64,000 nt of DNA from Isurus oxyrinchus (GCA_026770705.1 JANJGN010000009.1:13392001-13456000); one strand, 5' to 3'; counted from the stretch's first letter, positions 1 to 13,477 are shown. Notes: generated by a model from the sequence alone, not told the origin. A program made the numbers and translations.

Positions 1-264
1 TCCTTTAAGAGAATGTGAGCAGATTGCCCATATGATTGTGTGACCCAATTACTGCGTAGCGTGGGCTACAATGATAAGTGTAGTTCAGAGTAGTGTCTGG
101 TTGGAGAAGCACGCATCATGTTAGTGCTCTGTTATCTGTGTAAATAAGCAGCATGTGCTTCATCTTCAACATTGGTCTCTGCGTCTGCAGTATATTGTTG
201 CCAACTCACCAGCCATCAGATAGGCGTGATCATGAGCAAAGTGACCCAAATGTAGAACATAACA
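1..264 (+). repeat. 5' LTR (partial)
   Basis: Diverged direct repeat of 4431-4691, ends ATAACA immediately before the PBS. Confidence 0.9.
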
Positions 265-266
265 AC

Positions 267-277
267 TGGCGACGAGG
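267..277 (+). promoter_or_regulatory. Primer binding site complementary to the 3' end of tRNA-Ser(GCT)
   Basis: TGGCGACGAGG is the reverse complement of CCTCGTCGCCA, 2 nt after the LTR. Confidence 0.8.
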
Positions 278-383
278 TAAAACACGACCAGTCGATGGCA
301 CCAAGGAAAGCCGTGAAGACTCACCTGTAGCGAATCAGCCATGCCTTGCAGGCTGATTGTAAGTACAGCCCTCCCCATAGTCA

Positions 384-3300
384 TTGAAGTTATGTCCCTC
401 CAGTCTGCCACAATTTGGCCGCATCGAACTGTTTGATCAGACCACCGATGACTGGTCACATTATATCGAACGCCTTGCGTTTTTCTTTTTGGTCAATGAC
501 ACATCAGGGGAGGAGAAGAGGCAGGCAATCCTCTTATCGACATGTGGGAGTAAAACATATGGCCTAATTAGTAGTCTAACAGCACCCAACGCCTCAGATT
601 CCAAGAGCTTTGACGAGTTGGTGAATCTTGTGAAAAACCACTTTCAGCCGAAACCCTCGGTAACAACGCAGCATTTTAAATTCAATTCAGATGCCAAATT
701 AAAGACGTATGCTGGCGAAAACATGAGAGTAAGGGGTATATGTAATGTTCCAATACACTATGGAAATCAGACTGCTAATCTACCCATGATATTGGTAGAA
801 GAGAGGGTCCAACCCTACTTGGTCAGAACTGGCTTAAGGAAATAAAGTTGGAGTGGACTGATATTTTTCAATGCGAAGTGAAAGATCTGTAAGATTTATT
901 ACAGAAATATGCCTCTGTGATCAGGGAAGAGTTCAGGTGGGTTCAGGGGCTGCAAGCTAAAATCCACATGGATCCTGGGGCGACCCCAAGATACTTGAAG
1001 ACGAGGCCAGTCCTCTATGCATTTCAAGAAAAAGTGGATGTTGAATTAGACAAGCTGGAAAGGTTGACTGGATTGGCAGTTGTTTGCTATATAGCAGTCT
1101 TAAAACAACTGACAAGAGGACTATGAGTTTGAGACATCAATTAATGATGTGTTAAGAGATTGATTGGTGTGTGGGATTAACGAAGACACCATTCAAAAAA
1201 GGTTGTTGTCAGAAACAAATTTAGACTTCAGCAAAACGCTGGAGTTGGCGCTCGCAATGGAGAGAAACAATCAAGTGAACACAAAATGGTGCCATCCAGA
1301 TTCTTGAAGTGCACGGTCAGTCCATTATGCATTGTAAGAATAAGTGGATGTTGAATTAGACAGGCTGGAAGGGTTGGGAGTCTTACAACCTGTACAATTT
1401 CCCAAATGGACAGCGCCCATAGTTCCAGTACTAAAGCCTGTCCAGTGTGTGCGAATATGCGGGGACTACAAGTTGACCGTTAACAAAGTGGCCAAACTTG
1501 ACAGCCACCCTGTACTGAAAATTGATGAATTGTCTCCAAGCTGGTAGGGGGAACCACATATATGAAACTCGACATGAGTCATGCTTACCAGCAAGTCGAG
1601 CTAGAAAAGGCCTCTCAGGATTTTAACTATCAATACACATAGGGGATTATACCAGTATACCAGGTTGCCCTTTGGAGTCTCATCAGCTTGTGCCAATGGG
1701 CTATGGAAAATTTACTTCAGAGTCTACCCCATGTGGTGGTTTATCTCGATGATGTCCTAGTAACAGGGCTAATTAATGAAGAACACCTGGCTAACTTGGA
1801 AGAAGTGTGGAAGTATTTTTCACAAGCCGGAGTACACTTGAAAAGTGAAAAGTGTATCTTCCAAGTGAAAGAAGCGGTTTACCTGCGCCATAAGGTTGAC
1901 TCGCCGGGCCTTCACCTGGTAGTAGCCAAGGGGAGAACTATTTGTGAGGTGCTAGCACCGAAAAGCGCCATAGAACTCAAGCCATTCTTGAGAATGGTTA
2001 ACTACTATGGTCATTTTCTCCCAAATTTGTGGACAGGACTGGCTCCGTTATATGGGTTACTCAAGAAAAACCACAGGTCGACTTGGCAAAATCCACAACA
2101 GCAGGCTTTTATGACAGTAAAGCAGTTGCTACATTTGTCGGCCCTGCTGGTACATTTCGACCCAAATAAAGAATTAATTTTAACCTGCAATACATCTGCT
2201 TACAGAGTAGGGGCAGTACTCTCCCACCAGGTGGTGGATGGCTCTGAACGGCCCATTGGCTACATCTCAAGAACACTCAGACTGGCAGGATGAAGAAAAT
2301 CACAAATAGGGAAGGAAGGCTTATCCATTGTACTTGGCGTTAAGAAGTTCCACCAATACATACACGGTTGCCGTTTCACTATCATGCCCAGTCACAAGCC
2401 ACTACTAGGCTTTATTGGGGAAGACAAGGCAATACCCCCAGTTGCCGTGGCACACATCCAAAGGTGGGCACTGATTCTAGCTGCTTTCGAATATACTTAT
2501 ATCCACAGGCTGGGAAGTCAGATTACCAATGTCGACGCACTGAGCCGATTACCTTTAAAAGACAGAGATGTGAATGTCCCAATTCCTCAAGAACTTGTCT
2601 TGTTATTAAACTTTCTGGATTCGTCCCCAGTAAATGCCAAACAAATCAGAGAACGGACAGACCGCAATTTAGTTTTGTCTCACGTCAGGGAGCAAATCTT
2701 GCAGGGCTGGTCTAATGAGACAAAGTCAGACGGAATGAAGCCTTATATTAATAGGGGATACGAGCTCACCTGCCAGGATGGCATCTTGCTGTGGGGAATG
2801 AGAGTCATTGTGCCTCCCAGAGGAAGACAACCATTATTGATAGAATTGCCTAGTGCTCACCCCGGTATTGCCAGAATGAAAATATTGGTGCGCAGCTACT
2901 TATGGTGGCCAGGGATGGACACTGAAATCGAAAACATGATCAGGAGCTGCATGCAGTGCCAACAGGTGCAGAAATTTCCTCCTCCCGCTCCACTGCGTCC
3001 CTGGGAATGGTCAGGAAGGCCATGGGTCCACCTCCACATTGGCTACATGTGGCCTTTTTTGGGCACAACGTTCCTCTTGCTTGTAAGCGCTCACTCCAAG
3101 TGGATGGATGTATACGAGGTGAGATCACACACATCAGCCGCCACCATTGACAGATTGCATCAGAGTTTTGCGATACACGGGTTACCAGAGATAATAGTGT
3201 CTGATAATGGAATGGCATTCACCAGTGGGGAATGTCAGAAATTTACAAGTCTCAATGGCATAACACATGTTAAGACCTCGCTATACCACCCTGCACCCAA

Positions 3301-3440
3301 TGGTATGGGCGAGAGGGCAGTCCAGACCTTCAAGTATGTAATGAAAAACTGAATGGAAACCTTATTGCAACTAGATTATCATGTTTCCTGCTCAGCTATA
3401 GGACTATGCCATGGACGACCACAGGTATTGCCACTCAGAG
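384..3440 (+). pseudogene. Gypsy gag-pol pseudogene (stops, frameshifts, internal rearrangement)
   Basis: ORFs 384-845 (gag N-terminus: DWSHYIERL, LLSTCG), 1344-1547 (RICGDYK), 1688-2293 (YLDD and RNase H start), 2384-3352 (RNase H/integrase). Confidence 0.93.
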
Positions 3441-3446
3441 TTATTA

Positions 3447-3808
3447 GGATTAGACAGGGTAGATGCAGGAAGGATGTTCCTGATGGTGGGGGAGTCCAGA
3501 ACCAGGTGTCACAGTCTGAGGATATGGGCTAGACCATTTAGGACTGAGATGAGGGGAAATTTCTTCACCCAGAGAGTGATGAGCTTTTGGAATTAATTAC
3601 CACAGAAAGTATTTGAGACCAAAACATTGTATGTTTTCAAGAAGGAGTTAGATATAGCTCTTGGGGCGAAAGGGATCAAAGGGTATGGGGAGAAAGCAGG
3701 AGCAGGCTATTGAGTTGGATGATCAGCCATAATCATAACGAATGGCGGAGCAGGGTCGAAGGGCCGAATGGCCTACTCCTGCTCCTAGTTTTTATGTTTC
3801 TATGTTTC
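3447..3808 (+). mobile_element. CR1 LINE 3' fragment inserted in the Gypsy integrase C-terminus
   Basis: CR1 end (LDRVDAGRMF...FFTQRV, GGCCTACTCCTGCTCCT, TATGTTTC tail). Gypsy frame (ELL|MKRHLRT) resumes after a short TATTA duplication. Confidence 0.9.
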
Positions 3809-4406
3809 TATTAATGAAGAGGCATCTCAGAACATATTTGATCTAATAAGGCCAAATTTAGGGGTGAGGGTAGAGAGAAGTCAGGAGGCCCAGAAAAATG
3901 AACACGATTACCACAGTCATGAAAGAAACTTCACTGTAGGAGAAGCAGTTTTTGAAAAGAACTTTGGAGATGGGCCAAAATGGCTATCAGGTGAAGTCAG
4001 TGCAGTGACGGGACCCTGTCCTACCATATATCGGGCATAATTAGGAGACATGTAGATCATCTCAGGAAAAGGGAACCAGATCTACAAAAAACGATATGCC
4101 AAACATCCCCGCTGGAGTCTACACCACAGATAGAAGGAACTCTCATTGCTTTGGAAGTACCTGTAGGATCAGCTGAGTCTGAGAGAGTTGAAGAGACAAA
4201 CTTACAGGTTCCAAGGGGTTGGGGGAGGGGGAGGGTGGCGTGTGGGTGCCTAGTGGACAGATAACTCCTGAGAGTCTTAGAACTATAATGGTCGACACGT
4301 TTGAAGAAGCCTCCAGAGGGACTGACATTTGTAAATAGTTTATTTATGTAAATAGTTAAAATATTGTGAAGATTGTAACTTGTACTTTCAAGTAAAGGGT
4401 GAGGGA

Positions 4407-4691
4407 TGTGGTAATCTGAGGTGCAATAGACCTTTATGAGTATGTGAGCAGATTGACCACGTGACTGTATGACCCAATTGCAGTGCAGTGCGTGTTACCA
4501 TGTTAGGGTAGTTTAGAGTAGTGTCTGGTTGGAGAAGCACACATCATGTTAATGCTCTGTTATCTGTGTAAATGAACAGCATGTGCTTCATCTTATATTG
4601 GTCTCTGTGTCTGCAGTATATCATTGCCAACTCACCAGCCGTTAGATAGGCATGCAACCGCGTTCACAAGACTGAACTGTAGAACATAACA
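4407..4691 (+). repeat. 3' LTR
   Basis: TG...CA termini, preceded by the PPT, matches 1-264. Confidence 0.92.
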
Positions 4692-6371
4692 ATATTTATA
4701 GGGTTATGTGGAAAGACATGGGGATTGCGACTATTTGAAATTATTGGATCACTCTTTCCAGTAGTCAGCATTGGCATGATGGGTAAAATGGCCTCCTTCT
4801 GCATTGGTCCTACACCATTGACTTACCAACAAAATTTTCACAGGAGATGCAAGAGAACATTTGGGTATATCAAGATCATTTCCAATGTTCATTCTTTATT
4901 TACCGATTGTCATAAGCTTGGACAGCTGCACTTAAGTTATATACAGCCATGCAGTCACTGTGAAAAGCTGATTGCAGAAGAAAAACTTCCATTTACCAAA
5001 AGTGGGAGACTGCATGTTAATTTGTTGCAAAGATAACAAGCAATTTTACTTTGCAACAAGAGAATCTGGGGGTAATTAAGAACCTTTCAAATGGAAACTA
5101 GTGCATTCATGTTAGCATTAAGCCAGCCCACTTATTCACTAATTGGTCTTTAAACTGTTCACTTTTGGAATAAAACTCTTTTCATAATCTTGCTCAAGAG
5201 CATTTCACAAAATCACAGCTCTCTGAGCAAAGATAATTAAAATCAAGCCCTTTTCAAAGACAAGTGACATTGTAGTGCATATAATTGAAATTAATGTAAT
5301 AGTGTGGATAAATGTCATCATGCAGCAGGCACTTGTAATTTGTGCTGGTCAGACAGGACCTGCACAATAAAAAGTAGAATTGTGACATCAAGTAACTGCT
5401 TAAGCTGTGACCATTAAAGCTGTTTGCTGATAAAGATTTTAAGTATTCTGTCTTTTATAATACTGTCATGAACAGTTCAATCATGCTAATATAACCACCT
5501 CTAGCCCACCACGCCACTATGAACAGGTGTTTAGCCTATTGCATTAGTGAGAGCCAAGAGAGGTAGTTCTAACCTTTTCCATGATTGGGAAGGATCAGAA
5601 GTGCTTTCAAAGCCATTTTGAAATACAAGCAGGAAATCTACTTTTGTTGGACCTGGGGTTGATTTTTTTTGTTATGTCTTTGCTGCTTCTGGATAGAAAT
5701 TTTAAACACCTACAAATTCTACTCGTGCACCGTAAAATTGAAATGTATATTGTTCCTTGTTTACGTTGAAGTCTTGGAGATATAGTCATAGTGCAGGCTT
5801 TCTGAACAAAGATATGCCAAATTCTGTCTGGAAGTCATATGCTACATGTGTATATTACATATAATAATATATATGTCTATGTAATAGAAGAAGGCCATTC
5901 AGCCCTTCAGGCCTGTGCTGGCTCTTTTGCAGTTGGAATTTGTAGGGCAGGACATTTGATTTAAAATCACTGCAATGCTGAAGTTTCCCTTTCAAAGCAA
6001 TAAGCTGTGGCACAGGTTCTCCTTTTTTGTACAGTTGAGCCAATGACTTAAGAAGCTGAGGACGTTTTAAAGCAGTTGTCAAAATTCCAAACCTGTATGG
6101 GAGATAATTTTTTAGTAGAGAGCATCATTACTATTTTTCAATGGCAATGTCATTGTGCAATGTACATTGATTAATTGCTTCTGACTCTTGTGAGCGATTT
6201 ATGTAAACTGCCTTGGAAGCTTAAATATATATGAGAAGAAAGGCTTTTTCATGATGTGTTTTATTCTTAACCTGGACCCAGGAATTTACGGTTATATTCC
6301 AACGTATAACCTTCCTTCACCAACAATGATTAAACTCGGTTTGACCTCAGGCCAGGCTCACTTATGGACGA

Positions 6372-7980
6372 TCATAGGATGGTTACAGCACAGAAGGAGC
6401 CCATTTGGCCTGCCAGATCGGTGCCAATTCTTTGCAAGAGCATCCTGAGCTAGTTCTACTCCCCGCCTCTTTCCCGATAGCTCTGCAAATTTTTTTCTCT
6501 TCGGATGCTTATCCTATTTTCTTTTGAAGGTCCCAGTGGAACCTGTCTCCACCGCACTCTCAGACAGTGCATTCCAGATCCTAACCACTCGCTGTGTAAA
6601 AGCATTTTTCCTCGTGTTGCGTTTAGTTCTTTTGCCATTCGCTTATCTTGATGTCCTCTGGTTCTCGACCCTTCTGTCAATGGGAACAATTTTTCTCCAT
6701 CTATTCCATCTAGATTCTCATGATTTTGAACATCCCTATCAAATTTCCTCCAAACCTTTTTTTTTTCTAAGGAGAATAATCCCAGCTTCTTGAATGTATC
6801 CATGTAACTGAAGTCCCTCATTCTTCTCATAAATCTTTTCTTTACCTTCTCCAATGCCTTCATATCCTTCCTAAAGTTTGGTCACCAGAATTAGACATAA
6901 TACTATAATTGAGGCTGAACCAGTGTTTTATAAAGTTTCATCATAACTTCCCTGCTTTTGCAGGTGAAATTTAAGCACAACCCCATCACCCCCCCCCACC
7001 GCTAACATAATTGAAGGCATGTAATATAAAGTGGGTGGCCAGCCCATCGTCTTCCTGCCCACCCCCGACCTGTCCCCTACATTACTGGGTCATCAGGCAG
7101 CCCACCCACTCTTAGGCCTATTGAGGCCTTTAAGTGAACAATTAATTGCCACAGGAGGGCCTCATTCTCCCTCCACCACAATCTTTTGGCCTTTGGGGAA
7201 AGGTGGAAGGACTGCTGTCAGGAAGGATAGGGGTTACCACCTTTGGGGAGACCCCTTGCCCATGGGGGGCACCCCTTCCTCAAGATCAAATCACTTGAGC
7301 CCTCACCCTGGTCACCAAAACCCTCACCCTGGCCACCAAAGCCCTCTCCCTCCATTTGCTGGGATCTCTAATCCCTGGCTGCCCAAAATGCCTGGACCTA
7401 TTTCAAGTCCCAAAGACATCTTCCTTCCTGGGAGCTGCTTGTGGTCCCAGCTGTGACTACTACTGACTCCTGGCTGGGACTACAGAGCTGCCGGCCAATC
7501 AGATTGGTTGGCGGCACTCGAGGGCAGGACTTCCATCCTGATTGGGTGGAAGTCCCACTTTCAATTAATTAACGTTGCTCCTGGCCTAATATCGCTAAGG
7601 GGTAGCTGGATTTAAAGTTGGTGATGTGCCAACCAGCTTTCAGCTTGAGAACGGGATGGGTGTAATCTGTCCCTCCCCCTCCCCCCCCCCCCCCAATTAA
7701 GTCCACCCCTATGCCTCTATTTATAATGCCTAAGACCTTATCTGCCTTTGTAGCCACTTTCTCAACCTGTCCCGTCATTTTCAACAATTTTGTTTGCACA
7801 TATACCTCACGGTTCCTTGGTCTCTGCAATGCGTTTAGAATTGTACATTTTATTTCATATTACCTTATCTCTTTCTTCCTACACTTCACCTCACACTTCT
7901 CTACATTAAATTTCATCTGCCATATGTTTTCCAATTAAACCAGCCTGTCTATGTTCTCTTGAAGACTGTCACTATCCTCC
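6372..7980 (-). mobile_element. CR1 LINE 3' fragment interrupted by an old Harbinger-type MITE
   Basis: Minus ORFs 6456-6863 (KLGLFSLEK) and 7569-7829 resemble the CR1 ORF2 C-terminus. Confidence 0.85.
6962..7708. mobile_element. Old non-autonomous Harbinger-type MITE
   Basis: GC-rich insert splitting the CR1. Subterminal motifs (AGGCCTATTGAGGCC, internal hairpin GGACTTCC..GGAAGTCC) resemble the other MITEs. Confidence 0.55.
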
Positions 7981-8069
7981 ATGCAACGCAACTTTGTGGC
8001 TTTTCAGGAACAGGACAACTTAAATACAGCTTGGTCTTTGCAGCAAAATAATGATGTGCAGCATCATAG

Positions 8070-8255
8070 GGTGTCCGCCCTGCCTCAGTTGATAGCTTGC
8101 CTCCGAGTCAGAAGACTGTAGGTCCAAGTCCTGCTTCAGACACCAGAACACATAATTTAGGCTGACAATTCAGTGCAGCACTGAGGGAGTGCTGCATGCC
8201 TACAGGTGCTTCTTTCAAATGAGACATTAAACTGAGGCCCCATCTGCCTCTCAGT
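8070..8255 (+). mobile_element. tRNA-derived Deu-domain (SacSINE1-like) SINE, 5' part
   Basis: B-box-like GGTCCAAGTCC, then AGGCTGACA..CAGTGCAGCACTGAGGGAGTGCTGCA core; same core at 20985-21390 and 62386-62625. Confidence 0.7.
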
Positions 8256-8479
8256 CTGAGAGAATTTACCTGGGGGGGAAGAGGCGATTTTTTTCACCTA
8301 TGGTTCCCAAAGCTCTTCACCACCTGAAGTTTTCCTTGCTTCACGTTTGGGTGTGTTGTACAGGGATTGGTCGCTATGGCTTCATTATCATTGTATCATG
8401 TGATTAACAAGGTGAATCAGAGGGACCTGGGTCTTTTATCATCTAGCTGTTCCCATGTTACTATGTTACTTCAATTGCA

Positions 8480-10812
8480 TGTAAAGGAAAATGAGGCAGC
8501 TTGTGTGAGTGAAAGTGGGGGCTGAAGGGTGGGTGAGTAAACTGACCATGGCACCTTGGTACAAGAAGCCATTCAGGTGGGAGCAGTTAGTAGGAATGAA
8601 ATGGTAGAAGGCGGCAGAATGGTCAGTGGGATTTACACAGTTCCAAGAGTCCAGAAGGTTGTGTTGCCTGCCCGGGGCCAGGATTCAGGACATCTGCTCT
8701 GGGTCGGAGAGCAACTTGCAGCGGGAGGGGGAAGATCCAGTTGTTGTGGTTGTTATGGCACAACGCATAGTAAATGCTCAGCTGCTCAAATCCCAGAGGG
8801 AAATTTGAAACATCTGCCACAACTGTTTTGCAATTTGTATTTTATTTTGAGATGTGTGCCTTGAATTTAACAGTAATACATCCACCGAGTCTTTCATGTT
8901 TTTTTTTACAAAACTAAATTAAACATTTATTAATAGAAGAAAAGATTTTAAGCACATACATAGGTCTACAAATTACTCCTATAATAACTCCCCTAATTAA
9001 TCTAGCTCCCAGTTACACCTCTCTTATGGTAACAGTAAAAACAAATAAATTTCAACGGACCCAGGCAAAGCACACAATACGTTGGACAATGATATTCAAA
9101 GTAAATTTTCTTAGCTTTGCTTTCTGTAGACAGCTACTTGATGCATAGAGGCTGGAGGCTTTTCACACTTGTTAGATCTTAGAATGTTTTCTCTTTATAC
9201 ATAACCTCATCTCCTTTATCCATGTTACTCCATTTTAATGTAAATTTCATTGTTCCAATATTTCTTTGCAACTTTACTTTTCTCATAATATAAATCTTTC
9301 TTGGTACTCATATAATCAGTAATCTTTGGGAAAAATAAACACACTGTTTGGCATAGATTCTTATGGTTCGGTGTAACACCTTACCATCTCTTTGAAATTC
9401 AAAGTAACCTAATTTATCTAATATTCTTCACACATCACATTCTAAAACTTCAGCCATGTTTGTGTATTTAGCATTTCAAACCTAGCTTCCTTTTTGATAA
9501 CTCAGAAGCTTCAGACCAGCTGCCTCCAAATCAATTAAACACATACATCCACACAGAGAAACTAATCCAAACTCCATTAATCTACCTTTACGATAGATTG
9601 CAATAATATTATGAAAATTATTATAATTTCATGGCAGTGGTCCACATTGGTACCAACGACAAAGGTAGGACCAGGAAAAAGGTTCTGCTTAGGGAGTAAG
9701 AGCATCTAGGGTCTAAATTAGAAAGTAGAACCACAAAGGTAATAATGTCTGGATTATTAACTGAGTCGCGAGCAAATTGGCATTGGGTAAATCAGATTAG
9801 AGACTTAAATGCGCGGTTCAAAGATTGATATAGGAGAAATGAGTTTCAATTCATGGGGCACTAGCACCAGTACTGGGGAAAGTGGAAATTGAACCGTTGG
9901 GACAGTCTTCACCTGAACTGTGCTGGGACCAGTGATCTAGCGAGTCGCATAACTAGGGAGGTAGAGAGGGCTTTAAGCTAAATAGTGGGGGTGAGATATC
10001 AAGTGGGAAGATGTGGTAAATTAAAGAGAGGACAGAAAATGTGAATGTTAGTAGGAAGAATAGAAAAAGAGAATATTACTTAAATGAGGAGAGATTGCAT
10101 AACTCTGTTGTGCAGAGGGCTCTGAGTGTTCTGACATAAATCACAAAAAGTTAGAATGCAGCTACAACAAATGATTAGGAAGGAAAATGAATGTTGTCAT
10201 TAATTAAAAGGGGAATGGAATAAAAAAGTAGGGAAATTTTGTTACAGTTGTAAGGACATTGGTGAGATCACATCTGGAGTACTGTGTACAGATTTGGTCT
10301 CTTATTTAAGAAAGGAAAAAACTACATTCGAAGCAGTGCAAAGAAGGTTTATCCGATTGATTTCTGGGATGAAGGGGTTAGCATATGAGGAAAGGTTGGA
10401 CAGATGGTTCTGTATCCATTGGAGTTTAGAAGAATGAGAGGTGATCTTATTGAAATGTATTAGATCCTGAGGGGACTTGACAGGGTGGATGCTGAAAGGA
10501 TCTTTCCCCTCGTGGGAGAGACTAGAACTAGGGAAACAGTTTAAAACAAGGGTTTCTCATTTATATAAGAGATGAGGAGAATTTTTTTCTCTCAGTGAGT
10601 CATGAGCTTGTGGAATTCTCTTGCCCAGAGAGCGGTGGAGGCAGAGTCCGCTGAATATTTTTAAGGCTAAGTTAGATTCTTGATTGACAAGGGAGTCAAA
10701 AATTATTGGGGGCAGGTAGGAAAGTAGAGTTTAGGCCACACTAAGATCAGCCTTGATCTTCTGGCAAAGCAGGCTTGAGGGGCCAAATGGCCTACTCCTG
10801 CTCCTAATTCAT
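8480..10812 (+). mobile_element. CR1 LINE remnants (ORF1 SGNH-esterase-like part and ORF2 3' end)
   Basis: CCLPGARIQDI...DPVVVV|VHIGTND motif split by a solo LTR; CR1 3' end at 10050-10812. Confidence 0.85.
8751..9636. mobile_element. Solo LTR with 5-bp TSD
   Basis: TGTTATGG...CATGGCA termini, GTGGT TSD at 8746-8750 and 9637-9641; same family as 50970-51898. Confidence 0.85.
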
Positions 10813-11239
10813 GGGCAGAATTTTCTGCTTGACATGTGGAGGTGGCCAGTGTCCCGATGTCACCAATGAAGTTCGATGCGTGCCCACCATTAATTAACAG
10901 GCTAGTTAAGGCCCTTTACTCAGCAGTCGACGACGAGTTTCAGGCGCCCGTGTGATCTTTGGCTCGGCGCACGGGTGCAACGGGCAGGCGGGTAAGAGCC
11001 TTTTTAATGAAACTCATCCACGGGCAGGATGAGAGGTCTCATTTGGGTTGTCAGTCTGGTTTGTGAGTATTTGTTGGAGAAAGTATTTTAAACTTGCCTG
11101 TGTGATCTGTAGCAGTTCAGAATAAATTCCAACAGCTTTCTGTGTATTTCGAGCCTTCAGCTCACCAGTCTGCAGTCAGTAATCTTTATCGGGTCTGCAG
11201 CTTTCCGGAGGTCTCCCTTTAGCCTGGGTATGGGTTCTG

Positions 11240-11958
11240 ACATGTCCACTGGAGGCAGCTCCTCTGAGGAGGAAGGGAGATATAGAATAAGGAGGAGGCC
11301 AGAATGTACAATCAGCTTCAAGGGGAGCCAACTTTGGGAGGCCAGGCACAGGCACAAGGGGCACAGGGCCAAGATGTTGTCCAATGTGGAAGGGGCCGTA
11401 GAAGCCACCACTATCCTGCTGCCATGGTATACAGGCGGCAAAGCAGCTACCTCAATATGACTGAGTTGCAGTGTCAAAGGAGGCTCCGACTGTCAAGGGA
11501 GACAGACAACTATATCTGTTAGATGATTGGCCCTGAGATCTCCCCTAACTGTGTGGTTGGACACCCCATTCCAGCGGCTCTGCAGGTCACAGTTGCCCTC
11601 AACTTCTATGCCTCTGGGTCCTTCCAGTGCTCGGTGGGTGATCTTTGCGATGTCTCCCAATCAGCTGTCCACACTTGTGTCAAGCAGGTTACAGATGCTC
11701 TGTTCAACGTGTATTGACCTTCATCCACTTCCGCTGCGACCAGGCAAGCCAAACACAGCGAGCCAGAGGCTTCGCGGCCATTGCTGGCTTCCCCCGTGTC
11801 CAGGGTGCTATAGACTGTACACATGTGGCCATCAAGGCGCCAGCAGGTGAGCCCGGTGCCTTCCTCAACAGGAAGGGCTTCCACTCCATGAATGTGCAGA
11901 TAGTGTGTGACCACAGGATGCTGATTCTACAAGTCTGTGCAAGGTACCCAGGCAGCTC
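11240..11958 (+). pseudogene. Harbinger DDE transposase (HARBI1-like), truncated
   Basis: VTVALNFYASGSFQ, GFPRVQGAIDCTHVAI, NRKGFHSMNVQIVCD, ARYPGS; stop and frameshifts; C-terminal half missing. Confidence 0.92.
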
Positions 11959-13477
11959 TCAGCTCGTTTCCCATCCATCAATGCTGAACAGGGAGATCCA
12001 GGATGACCTCATGTCGGCGGAGCAGCTGCCTGTACTCTGCAGGCACCTCTTAGGACACTCCAGTTGAGGGCAACAGCTGCTCCACCCCTCTCCCAGCGAC
12101 CGCTTCACTGGGTGAGGCTGCGACGACTGAGGAGATGCCAGCTGTGGAACTGGCAAATCCCTTCCAGGCAGGGCCAGCACAGGCTCCATAGGCCAGAGGA
12201 CGACCGCCAAGGTCATCGAGGCCAACAGGACAGCAGGGTCAGCAGGCTGTCTAAGATGCCACTCCGAGCGATGGGGCGGCACCAAGACGTAGCACCCGGA
12301 AACATAAGCATAAGGTACCTTAGGTACACCATGGGATTCTCACTGGTGCTTTTGCGTTGGCTCGAGATTAGGGAATTATTATTTGTTTATGCTTGAAAAC
12401 CGTTTTGTTTGGCAGAGGGATGCGTAACCTGGTGGCATTAATTTAAGGTAAGGGGCATGAGGTTGACAGATGAGATGACGAGGAACTTCTGCACATTGTA
12501 ATGTGGGATGCGCTGCCTGAAAGAGTGGTGGACGCAGAAACCTTCTTAACATGAGGTTGGCACACGCATCTTCGAAGGGCTGAGGGACCTTTGTCTATGT
12601 CCCACAATCCTGACTCTATCAGTCTGTGAACGAACAGTGTTGCAACAGTAACAAATCAAACAATCATCAGTGCTATGGATGGTGGGAAGACAGAGCGGCT
12701 GTCACTGTTGACCTCAAATACCTGGCCGTTCCATCCCAGCCTCACCGACACCTGTGGACCTGGGCGCATGGCGACTCTCAAGCTCCAGGGCCTCCTGCTC
12801 GAAACGGTTTAAAATCATCAGCTGGGCCTGGCCGCTTCCAGTCCACAAACGCTCACAAGCACTGTGAGAATTCTTCTCCTGAAAAACAGAGAAGACCATT
12901 CATTGTGGCTAATCGCACATGGACTCTGCACGCGTACACCACACCCCAACCACAGTGGCCCATTATCAGGCCTCCAGTGTCTCCTCTCAGCGCTACTGCT
13001 GATCAGTCACACAAAGATAATTCGCCTGCTCCCAAACTCCCTCAACAGCCCCTTGGACACATGCTGCATACATCACTTTAGGAACCACACTGTCTTAGCT
13101 CCCATGGAAAAGAGGCGCAACTATGCACAGCATCCGAGGGTCTTGGCCACGAGACCTTGAGGCTCCCCTTCCACAATCTCATTGCCATGAACAGGACCTG
13201 TGTTGGAGTTCTGAGTATGTGCCTAGCTGCATCTCCTGCAGGTTGCCCCCAGACTAGTCATGTATGACCAAGAGCAACACATGGTGTGGGGGAAAACTCA
13301 TCTCCTCATGACCCACTCTGGCTGATATAAGCATGGGCACTATCTGCTTCCCCACCCAGCGTACAAGAAATGCCCAACATGATTCAATGCAGTCACGACA
13401 GTAAGACTTGGGGGAGCCCTCAAAGGCTAAGGCTACCTGCTGGGTTAAATGCCCAGTGCCAACATGGTACTTACCCT

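Larger units (their letters stand above)
1..4691 (+). mobile_element. Decayed Ty3/Gypsy (Mag-like) LTR retrotransposon; 5' LTR cut by the window edge
   Basis: 1-264 aligns with 4407-4691 (LTR, TGTGG...ATAACA). PBS TGGCGACGAGG at 267-277 and PPT AAGTAAAGGGTGAGGGA at ~4390-4406. Fragmented gag, RT (VYLDDVL), RNase H and integrase (HPG..W.W, C..C, VSDNG, NGMGERAV) in Gypsy order. Confidence 0.95.

Noticed and set aside
2384-3352. Functional integrase gene (longest ORF, 322 aa)
   Set aside because: The first catalytic Asp is altered (HIGY instead of HIDY), the upstream pol is broken, and a CR1 interrupts the C-terminus
11240-12067. Domesticated HARBI1 host gene
   Set aside because: Has a stop and frameshifts, is truncated, and is bounded by TIRs
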